From Catajapyx aquilonaris (taxonomy: Eukaryota), in assembly GCA_000934665.2 (NCBI GenBank), contig JYFJ02004331.1, positions 1 to 32,912 of the forward strand: 32,912 bases of DNA, given 5' to 3'. Position numbers and translations under genes: made by a program. Numbering within the stretch: the stretch's first letter is position 1; every line of letters begins with the position of its first letter. Under the pieces are notes generated by a model. That model had not been told where the DNA came from. It worked only from the letters and a program-made list of their open reading frames with translations, and made no database searches. Shown here piece after piece: positions 23,801 to 32,912 of this stretch.

Positions 23801-26800
23801 GTCCACTTTTTGTCAAAAATTAGTATCTCAGAAGATAGTTTCACTTGTTTAGAATATGATGGTTTGGTCTTGGTTGTGGAGTAATGATCATAGGTCACTA
23901 TTGGAAGGCCCTGAAAGTGGGATTTACAATGGAACCTTATGGGCCTTTGAAATTGAAAATTGGAATATATCTCAGTTTCCCCTGAGGTAGACCTTGATCG
24001 TTCTTCCCCTGAGGTCTTCATGTATGAAATAGCACACAGTCATTTATTGTTGTTTATCAGGAATTGGCATACATTCTTCTAGCTTTACTTTCATGCCACT
24101 GTTGTTTTTATTGGATTAACAGTCAGTCTGTTATTTTCAGGACATTGAAGACAAAATGACCGATTTTTATGTGATGTATACTCTCGAAAAATCAATGGAG
24201 TACAATCTGCCTGATTTGGAAGCCAAATGTTTAAGGGTGAGTGGCATTTCTCTGGATTCTGGAACAGTTGGAAGCATTTATTTTTTAAATAGATCTCATA
24301 ATTCTTAAATTCTCTTCTAGTTTATTGACATCCATGCAGATGTGATTCTGAAGTCCCATCTCTCGTCAAACCGAACTACCGACTTTTTTCATGCAATGAA
24401 AGAGTCGATATTAAAGATTATTAGTCGTCCTCTTCTGACAGCAACTGAGGTTGAAATTTTTAAGGCGGTTAAAGAATGGGGTTTCCTGGGACTGCAGAGG
24501 GAGGGACTTCCAGTCACCCCAGAATCACTCCGGGACAGGATTGGAGCCCTTCTCCCCTACATACGCTTTCACAATATGACCCCTGACAAGTTTATGGAGC
24601 TGGTTGTTCCATCAGGACTTCTCACTCCAGAGCAGCTCAATGAGAATCTGCTTGTGCTCATGAGGAAGCTTCTGCCCTCTCACAAGGTAAAATTTCTCTT
24701 GGGAAGAGAATAAGTTGCAACCCTCTATGCCAAGTGGAATTATTATATTTTATGTATCAACAAAATGTAGCTGTCTGTACATCACTCATGATGGTGCCCA
24801 GTCTCATTGAATCACGTTAGGTATTTTTAGGATTTTTAACTGCCTGCCACTTTTTCCACCATGTACTAAGATGAAAGTCAACTGCAACAGCATGTTTTTG
24901 GTTTGGTGTCATGATTTCAATGACTTTCTTATGAGTAGTGAACCTGAAATGTACCATTTAACTGCAAAATGTTATTATCTTCCTCCAGGAGGAGACATAT
25001 CGCAAGTATGCTGTTCAGGTATGCTGTGAGCGAGGGACCCTGTATTCTCGATGCTCACAAATAGAAAAGTCGGATCACTTCCTGAAATTCAAGATATACA
25101 CATCCCGGGAACTGTCATGCTTGCTGACAGGTCTACGTGTGGCTAAGGCCCACACAGACAGCCCTTGCATGTTCTGCCAGCGAGAGAAGTACCTGCACCA
25201 TCTGCATAATGATCGGGAGTCACTTCATGATGAAGAAGATGAAGACGATGAAGAAGATGGGACTGAAAGGCGGCGCCTCACCTTGTCCTGTTCAGTGTCT
25301 GATTATGCTGACCAGCAGCTGGCATACTTTGATGGGGCCCTCACAGCATCACAGTATGATGTGGACTTCACTACACCTGTGTCATTGCAATCTGGAACTT
25401 TCTACACAATATGTGTCAGAGTAAGGGATTGATATTGGTTAGCCTATTGTGCCACAGCTTCTTTAATTTTATCAAGACCCATTGGAACAATGAATTTTGC
25501 CCTTACATAAGAAGGTTATTTAGAACCACTAATTTCATTGTCATTCTTCATGACTGCACATAGCCCAAAATATATTCCAGTTCACATGTTCTCATCTGTG
25601 CTTGATCCTCTGTGGATACTTGGCTGATTATGAGATTATTTGCAGCATCCACCGAACAAACTCATAGTGCCATTCAAGGTGCTTTCAAATACCCAATTCA
25701 CACTTTCAGTGGAGAGATTTCTGGGACAAAGGAACACTGCACTCCTTCCACTAGTTGGCCTCTCAAAATCAAGCAAAAACTGTAGATTCCAAGGGTGTGA
25801 TCTGTGTTTTTCCAAACTGAAATATAACACGAGGGTGAGAGTTCAAAGTCAACTGCAAAGCTGTCAGCTGTTAGGTAGGAGCACCACTATGTGATAAGAG
25901 GTGGAAAGGAGATAATGAGAGATTTGGTGAGCAACCCCCTGTCAACTCCACTTCTGGGAGAGAATGTGTGATTCAACTGCCTCTCACATTTAGAGACCCA
26001 TTCTTGCCTTACTAATCATGTCTGGTTTGCAACTTTGCTGGGATGGTGTTGGAGGTCCCTTTGTTTGATGAACCAACCTTAACAAATGATACTTTTTTCC
26101 TTACTTTGATCTCTCACCCTAGGGTGACCTTTTAGTTCCAAGAAAAACAGATTGCACCTTTGGAATTAAGATGTTTTGTCTGATTTTTACAGCCTAACTT
26201 GTTGAAGGTGTACAGTGTTTCAGCCGTTGTGTTACAGCCCTCTAAATTCCTGCAGCAAGTAGTTGTTTACATCGTTCTATTCCGGTGACCTCTGATGACA
26301 TGCCAAATAAAAAAATTTCATGTGAACGTTGTAGATACTCGTGAACATTGCCTGTGTTTCCCAAAGCTATAATGAAAATTATTATGCTAGAAGTGATTCC
26401 AATGTCTAAAAAATTTTAAAGGTTAGTAGAGTGATTATATATTACCAAAATAGCCCCCAGCAGGCACTGGGTTAACCCTGCAATAGCTGTGCTAGGTCTT
26501 AAAAATTGCACAGAACATCTTCATTTCCTGAAACATTCTAAGTTACTATTTGTTCACTCTATTGGTATTTTGAAAAACTACAGACCTTTCATAGTTGCCT
26601 ATCTCATTTCCTGCCAGAGAAAGTGGAATGCCAATAAGTCTTCATATGCAATTTATAGAAGTGCTGTGCTAGGGTTGTTGCTAGCCTGAGTAGTTACATC
26701 GACTTATATGATTCTGCCTTTATGCAGGTCCTAGAAAATGTGAGCCTGTGCTGCTGCCGAGGAAACTGCAAACAGAAAGTGAACTGTGGAGAGCTGACCG

Positions 26801-27081
26801 TTGAATTCTACTCTGATCCACGCTCTCCATTTACCAACGTCAACACTGGCCTCATCACCCACCTGTTCTTCTACATGCCTAAAGGCACTGGATGTTTACC
26901 TGATCAAGAGTCTGCTGCTGCTTCTGCTTCCCTTGCAACAGCCTGCAGTGATCCTGGGTCATCACAACCTCTTGACCTCAAATGCGAGAAGGTGGAGTGC
27001 CCAGCACCACCCCCAACACCCCAGTCATCTGCTGGTGAGGGCAGTTCTCAGGTCAATCCTAAGAGGATGAGGACCAAGTAG
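17749..27081 (+). CDS. BTB-BACK-PHR protein, divergent BTBD1/2/3/6 (lute)-like putative Cul3 adaptor. Exons 17749-17886, 21809-22042, 24141-24236, 24321-24686, 24989-25420, 26728-27081; ~539 aa
   Basis: DWQ...LYSDVTLAVG...EFK|VHKNILAMSSPVFEAMFYGSLAE (BTB); L..TEVEIFKAVKEWG and LLPYIRFHNMTPDKF (BACK); FTTPVSLQSGTFYTI and TNVNTGLITHLFFY (PHR-like). All introns are GT-AG and phase 0, and the frame is continuous. Confidence 0.88.
18273..18450. repeat. Intronic palindrome with a perfect 34-bp stem and 3-nt loop
   Basis: 18327-18360 is the exact reverse complement of 18364-18397; imperfect pairing continues ~50 nt outward. Confidence 0.93.
19491..20045. mobile_element. Tc1/mariner-type palindromic MITE
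   Basis: TA|CAGGGTGTTTCAGAGTCA TIR, TA TSD, ~265-bp arms. Confidence 0.92.
20048..20156 (-). mobile_element. piggyBac-like element end (TTAA|CCCTTTGTCTC on the minus strand)
   Basis: ...gagacaaaggg|ttaa; homologous to 7259-7746. Confidence 0.65.
20340..20516. mobile_element. hAT (Charlie/Buster-type) MITE
   Basis: TIR CAG(T/G)GGTTCTTAACCT; 8-bp TSD cactagtg/cattagtg with central TA. Confidence 0.9.
20581..20819. mobile_element. Sola-like MITE
   Basis: 32-bp TIR GAGGGGTTGAGA(G/A)CAAGAATGGCGTATGCCAC; 4-bp TSD ATTT on both sides. Confidence 0.78.
20832..21167 (+). mobile_element. tRNA-derived SINE (family B)
   Basis: A box tggcgccgcgg, B box ggttcaatccc, poly(A) tail, exact 15-bp TSD ctcatttgtttcaga (20817-20831 and 21168-21182). 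Confidence 0.9.
21809..22042 (+). CDS. BTB-BACK-PHR gene, coding exon 2 (BTB core)
   Basis: aag acceptor; VHKNILAMSSPVFEAMFYG...YAANKYLL...CLT; donor gtgagt at 22043. Confidence 0.92.
22137..22956. mobile_element. Mariner-derived fold-back element with inverted 5' ends and a transposase remnant in the spacer
   Basis: TA-flanked ~280-bp arms; spacer encodes RKLASSLVPHHLFEVQK (WVPHEL-like) and EGDVFFKQFVVMDNTWI (VTGDETW-like). Confidence 0.87.
23365..23628 (-). mobile_element. tRNA-derived SINE (family A copy)
   Basis: Reverse complement ggagaagcgtggtggccgag...ggttcgatccccgcctggga matches the head and body of 2364-2701. Confidence 0.88.
23772..24022. mobile_element. TA-flanked MITE with ~35-bp TIRs
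   Basis: atgaagacctcagggg...gatcaaggtc versus gaccttgatc...cccctgaggtcttcat. Confidence 0.75.
24141..24236 (+). CDS. BTB-BACK-PHR gene, coding exon 3 (3-box/BACK start; not in the supplied ORF track)
   Basis: ttttcag acceptor; DIEDKMTDFYVMYTLEKSMEYNLPDLEAKCLR; donor gtgagt at 24237. Confidence 0.85.
24321..24686 (+). CDS. BTB-BACK-PHR gene, coding exon 4 (BACK)
   Basis: ttctag acceptor; FIDIHADVILKS...IRFHNMT...SGLLT...HK; donor gtaaaa at 24687. Confidence 0.9.
24989..25420 (+). CDS. BTB-BACK-PHR gene, coding exon 5 (PHR-like, with acidic insert)
   Basis: cctccag acceptor; open frame of 144 codons; donor gtaagg at 25421. Confidence 0.82.
26728..27081 (+). CDS. BTB-BACK-PHR gene, terminal coding exon
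   Basis: tgcag acceptor; VLENVSLCCC...TNVNTGLITHLFFY...PKRMRTK*. Confidence 0.85.
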   Translation, partial: VLENVSLCCCRGNCKQKVNCGELTVEFYSDPRSPFTNVNTGLITHLFFYMPKGTGCLPDQESAAASASLATACSDPGSSQPLDLKCEKVECPAPPPTPQSSAGEGSSQVNPKRMRTK

Positions 27082-27087
27082 AGAGTG

Positions 27088-27409
27088 ACCAAGGCAGCCT
27101 AGTCTAGTGGTTAGGCATTCAGGCTGCCATACGGGAGGTCCTGGGTTTGAATCCCAGGGCTGACCGTCCTGACTCGGGGCTTTCATGTATTTCCCCTGGT
27201 CGCTTCCAGGATAATTCTGGAATGGTTTCCTTTGCAAAAGGCCATGGCCACTTCCTTCCTTCCCTGTCCTCCTCCTTTATGGTGTCATATACTACTTTTA
27301 GCTATCTCCTTTACTTGATTCCTCGTTGATTGGTCATGATTATTATGGTGCAGCATCAAAAGGTTCTTAAGAGCCATAATGCCTGATCCCTATAAACCAA
27401 CCAACCAAC
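27088..27409 (+). mobile_element. tRNA-derived SINE (family C) at the start of the gene 2 3'UTR
   Basis: A box tagtctagtgg, B box ggtttgaatccc, (AACC)n tail. Confidence 0.75.
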
Positions 27410-27661
27410 AAGTCGGAGGTGTTTGAATGGAACTTGCTTTCGTGGTTTTCTAAGCGGTATCGCAGGACTTTGAAGGTGACCACTTCTTCAATCATGGAAG
27501 TAGGATTTAAAATTTTCCTATGCTAGGTGCAATTTTGCACTTCCAGGGTCCCAATGTGTCAGATAGTTGTTGCTGTATGCACAAAGAGCCAAGACACAAG
27601 TTATGAGGTCAAATCAGTCTGTTACTTATTGCAAATACAGATTATTCATTAACCATCTCCA

Positions 27662-27977
27662 CTGGGTTAGGCGATGTGGCACATGCAGGGCTATTTGATA
27701 TTATGATATATTGAACATGAGATGGAAATTTTAATAATATCGCAGGATTGATATGTTTTGAAAGTACAAATGAAGATGATGTATTTTTGGTTTAGATAGG
27801 CTACATGGTTTCCAATGACAGTTTTCGATGTGAGTTTCTATACTTGCTTTTAGATGTTGGTTTTATAGCCAATTTTCGATGTCAGTTTGTGATAATTAGT
27901 AGCAATATTTCGGCTTTCAATATCTTGAATATGCAATATAGATTTTTATATGGATATGCTGATATCGCACAGTCCTA
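27662..27977. mobile_element. Degenerate hAT-like MITE
   Basis: Right end reads TAGGACTGTGCGATATC on the minus strand, left end is a weak match; internal gatat/tcgat subrepeats. Confidence 0.4.
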
Positions 27978-28786
27978 GGTGTACACCCTGATCTGGTATC
28001 CGCCATGTGAAATGCACGTTTGAAGACTTTTGTAAAAGGGAACATTGGCATTCCTGCTTATCACATGTTCTCTGTCACCGAATGATGAGCAGCAGTTGCT
28101 AGTTGCAACCAGTAGGATTGACTGATAGATTCTTACAGCATCAATATTTCAAGAGCAGGAAAAGAAACTTGAACTTCAGGCTGGCATATGCCATGCACAT
28201 CCTCCATCCAATTCTAACCTTTTATTAGTGACTATCACCTCTTGGATCCTGCAGATGATTGATTGAGAAGATCCCAAATCAACTATGGTCCATGTGCATC
28301 ATGAGTTTCTGCACATGGGACTTGGGTTGGCACTGTATTGACAGTTGCATATCAGTTGTCAAAGCTATTAATGGCACAATTCTTGAGATGATCTGGCACA
28401 GAAGTCATGACACAGAAATCAAGACAAGGTGGAGATAACGAGCAGGAGATTGAGATTGGAATATTACGTGGTTGGAATGATGTGTACATCCTTCAGGGCT
28501 ATTGTGCATACTTATGCACATTTGGAAAAAATTTGTTGCTGCATTCACTCTTACTCTCTTGCCTTAGCATGGCAATGCTAAAATAACTACACAGATAATG
28601 AAAGTAAGTTAATATGAGTTACTTTTTGTCAACCTGATTTGGGAAGTCATCTAAAAGCAAAATTTGATTTCTTTGAACATGCGATTCATATATCTAAGCA
28701 CCAGCTTGCCAGAATTAAGCAAGTTGACATGCCTGTATCTTTAGCTGCCACGTTGGAAAGTCATATAGGCATAATTATGGTAATTA

Positions 28787-29516
28787 CAAGGGCTAGTCGG
28801 AAAGTAAGTTTCTCGATGCTATAGTTTCGACCCCATGCAATGGACAGGATTTAAAAAACGAGCATGAGCAGGTACATTGATCCTTCCTCTACTTTATATG
28901 ATAGGTAGGGGGCTTCTTGCAACTTATGCACAGGCGCGGCAGGCGTTGGACAAGACCGAGTGGCGAGCCGAGCTTGCCTGCCCACATTCCGCCAGGAAAG
29001 GTCATGCCAGACCTAGAGTGTTGATGACATGAACTAATGCAGAAGTGAGGGCAGATGTTTGCTACCAGTGGTCGACATCTGACGTATGACATATGACATT
29101 CATCGCTGGCTAGTGGAGTGTATGATCCGGAGATGTCATGTCTGAGCAAATCGTGCGGCGATATGGTTCCAGTAATTTCGGAATAAGCTCGCGAGCATGA
29201 AGGACAACCAGAGACTTGGACTACCGATCACGGCAGTTACCGACAGTGTCCTCAAGTGTCCTAACTTCTTTCTCAGTCCATGTGACCAACACTCTTTGTC
29301 TGGCATGACATTTCCTGGTGGAATTTGGGTGGGAACACTCTGCTAGCCACTCAGGTCCGACGGCTGCTGCGCCTGCGCAGAAGTTGCAAGAAGGCACCTA
29401 CCCATCCTGTAAAGTAGAGGAAGGATCAACATACCTACTCATGCTCGGTTTTACTCTGTCCGTCGCATGGCGTCGAAACTGTATCATCGCGACACTTACT
29501 TTCCGACTAGCCCTTG
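28787..29516. mobile_element. Mariner-derived fold-back element with inverted 5' ends and an N-terminal HTH remnant
   Basis: TA|CAAGGGCTAGTCGGAAAGTAAGT TIR, ~230-bp arms; frameshifted AEVRA...DIHRWLVE...DVMSEQIVRR..WFQ in the spacer. Confidence 0.88.
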
Positions 29517-29781
29517 TACTTACGAAGGAGATTCAGTAAGTAGGGAAAGTTAATTCTTTTGCTTCCTGTATTGTGTTTATTACAAAATTTCAATATACAT
29601 GTGAGAGCCCTTGTTTTTCATGACTCTTTGAAATAAGATTGGTGGGAGTTTTTTGTCAACTGCAGGAGGAACATAACAAACATGGCATAGGTTCATAGCT
29701 GTGTCCACCATAGAGGAGGGGCAAGAGATCATTAGTTCCCTCTGCACAATAGCGTCAAAACCAACAGACTCATCAGGAGTT

Positions 29782-29852
29782 AGTCCTGATCTTGTACCAA
29801 GTGATTTTGACCTTGTTTACTAATGAAGAAGGCACGAAGGGGAAGAAAGTTC
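29782..29852 (+). pseudogene. Mariner transposase fossil fragment
   Basis: Encodes SPDLVPSDFDL followed (frameshifted) by MKKA..GRKF, matching the YSPDLAPSDFHLF motif. Confidence 0.6.
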
Positions 29853-31594
29853 AACATTAGGAAAGGAAGTAGGCCTAAAACCCATATTTGTGAATTAATC
29901 CAGGGAAGTTCAAGTTGTTGAAATTCCAGTATAATTTGGATTGAAGACAAGCACTACTATTAGCTTGGTAGAGGCTCTTTCACACTGTGTATCTCAATGC
30001 TTTGAAGTCAATACGTGCCACTGTTTAGGTCATGTCCTTCACCCCCCATGGATACTTGCATCGAATGCATGTTCAGGAGCAGCTTCTAAATAGAGTGTCC
30101 AAGAATGCATCCAGTGGGTTGCAAGGTGGAGGAGTGGGAAATATTGGGGCCTCAGGTGAATGTCAGGGTAGGTGCTAAAAGACGTCTTGTTGGCCTCAGT
30201 TTGTGCCAGCCGGACTAATTTAGAACAAGGGGAGCCCCAAGTGGGATTCATGGACCGTTCATATTAGGCTTCCAGATGGCATGCTTCTGCCACCAAGAGG
30301 TTTTGAGAAAATTTGATGCCCAACAATGGGATGCATGGTGTGAAAGGGCCTTAGCTTTGTTCTTTTTCAATGCAATGTTGCATAATGTATCAATTATGTG
30401 CTCTGTTGCAAGAAACAGTATTATACAGTATATTATTACTATTGTGGTGTAAAGCATTTGTCCCCATATTTTGCATTGGCACCCTGGAAGGGCACTTTTG
30501 CATGAATTGGGTTTGTAACATGATAAAACTCACACTTTAGGAAGGAGAGAAGTAGAAAGCATCTGCCCAGTGAAATATAATTTTAACAGGTAACTTTGTT
30601 CAAGTCACTTATAAGTGTTATGACAATGTAATGGCTTTGTATCAAGCCCAATATTATGACATGTTGAGGCATTGGCATTTTTAAAAGTGTTGCTGACATG
30701 AGAGCAAGTTCATGATTTTATTTCCCAAAGATGAAGGCTGCAGGGACATGTTATGGGATTGCATTTTTTTTAAACAGGATTTTTGCTTCTAAATGGAATA
30801 GTAATGACCTGCTTGTATACAAATGGTTCTATTGTGAGAATAAGGTGCAGATTTTCATGCTGTATTCAGTTCGGGGAACTCGACTGTTCCCCATGATTTC
30901 TAGCAGTCACACCTTGTGATACTGTATTGCTCAAAAAGATTGAGACGATATTGAATTTTGCTCACTGCAAAATTGTCTCTACCTTTTTGAGTGATATAGT
31001 ACATGCAATGTGCATTGGAAGTATGACTCCTGTTTGGCCTCTGCAAAAAGCACTCAAAAGCCTACTAAAAGGGTAAAAAAAGTCGGTGCTTTAAACATGC
31101 TAACAAGAAATTCTGTCACATTATGTACAGTAGGCTATATCTTTTGACACATACTACAAAGTCAAATAAGATGAAAGTGACCCAGTCAACCATAGGCAAA
31201 CATGGTTACAAATAAGTTCAGCTGAAAATATGCGAAAAATTCAGACATGCCTCATCTACTGGTATTCGAAGATTCACATTTGAGTAATAGGAGACCTTCA
31301 CCCAAACCTTACTGTGACCAACAGCCATAAGGATGATGACATGTGATAGAGTGGGGTGGCAGAAGATAAAAATGCAATAATGACTCAGAATCCAGGGTGT
31401 TGTCCGTACTCCCAAGGCCATTCAGACACCTGCCTCATTACTGGGCCAAATCTCCAGTATGCAATCTGCCTCAGACATTCTTATCATAGAAAACCTCCAT
31501 TGGCAACAGTGGAAATTTTATGGCACGTGAACTTGATGTTTGGTCCAGCGGTGGGTGTCTCAATGGTCTTCAAAGTCAGTACACTTAAAGCATA

Positions 31595-31647
31595 TTACAT
31601 TTAAAGTTTACATTTACATTTTACATTTACATTAGCATTTACATTTA
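31595..31647 (+). repeat. Imperfect (TTTACA)n microsatellite
   Basis: Repeated tttaca/ttacat units. Confidence 0.75.
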
Positions 31648-32912
31648 AAGTAAACCATGCCTTCCAAGTCACCCTTACATCTTTTTCTTCCACCATACCA
31701 TGCTGTTTCAGATCACTGTGTCACTGTGCCCTTATGACAGTTAGTCCTGATAACTGCACAGGGATTCCTTTGGGAATAGCTTCTGACTCTCCTGCCACTC
31801 AGATGTGAACCAGTCGAAAACTGGCAGGTGACATAGGTCCTGATTTGTCGTAAATTTTCATCTGAACTTGTTCACAGCTATATTTGTGTACTGTTGACTG
31901 GCTTTCAATCGAGTAGACACTGTATTACACAATAAGGCAAAAAGTGGAGTAAAAGAAGTGTCATTTGGCACATTTAGTTGTGGTTGTGAATTAATCGTTT
32001 ATTGTAATCCAAATGTTATATTTTGTTAATTCCTTAATTTGCTTTACACTTTGTTTATTCTGACAATTTGTATACAATTTTGTGTTATTTTGTGTAACTT
32101 GTAGATATTGGATATTTTGTAGATTTTTAGAAAAAGAACATCAATCAAATGTTCATGCCAGTCATAATTTTTCTAATGCAAACTATGCATTGATCTCATC
32201 CATCTGAGATGTCAATGATTCTCTAAACATATGCCTTGCAGCCATTTGTCTGGACACATGTGGGGAAAGGAAATTATAGCACTCTAATTTATACTATCAT
32301 CAATGGAAATGAAATAGACTGGTACTCTTCCAGTGCGTTCTTTAGCTGTAGATGCAGTTGGTCACCCAAAATTGGTCTTGTGAATTGAAATTTTGTCCAA
32401 TATTCTTAAAAATAGGTGCATGTGCTGTACTTTTTTTTTTTTTGCGTTGTGATAAGAGTTTGATGATTTTGTTATAATTCAGTTAGTTGTGTTGAGCAGC
32501 ATGTGTAAGTAAAGATAAAGAGAACAGTGGCTGGAAAACTACCAAAGGGGGAGAGGTGAGTGGGAGGTAGGAAAAATCTGAGTTTCACTTATGTTTCTGA
32601 TAACTACAACCTCCACTAAAAATGAATGGGACAAACGACAATACCAATCCTGGCAGTTATCGTTTAAAAATCATGTTTGTTCTCCAAGTGAACAGTACCA
32701 GTAAATATAAAAAGTATATTCTAGTGCTGCCAGATATTCTGATGATCACCATACCAACTTAAGCCGTGGATTTTTCTCATAAATTTTGAATTGAAAGTTG
32801 CATATTCATAGCTCCTTAAGGTAGTTCTTGCGCTAGGAAACGGAGGGCAGGGGGTGGGGTGTTGAGCCTATGTTTATACATGGGACGAGCTGGCCAATAC
32901 CAACTTCTGCGA

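Overview
Eukaryotic, most likely arthropod (insect-like), genomic DNA carrying two intron-containing genes in tandem on the + strand. Gene 1 (coding exons 1604-14239, 5' end probably upstream) is a BTBD10/KCTD20-family BTB protein (Drosophila mrityu-like). Gene 2 (17749-27081, six coding exons, ~539 aa) is a divergent BTB-BACK-PHR protein of the BTBD1/2/3/6 (lute) type. Introns and flanks are dense with non-autonomous transposons: Tc1/mariner, PIF/Harbinger, hAT, Sola-like and piggyBac-like MITEs, plus tRNA-derived SINEs. About ten of these are long fold-back palindromes. The main candidates for follow-up are: (i) a UGA-C stop in gene 1 followed by a stem-loop and a 66-codon in-frame extension, suggesting stop-codon readthrough; (ii) three palindromic MITEs visibly built by inverted duplication of one end of a mariner element; (iii) a CtBP-like motif, a basic NLS-like tail and a Cys/His plus acidic insert in gene 2. 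All calls were made by eye, with no database searches.
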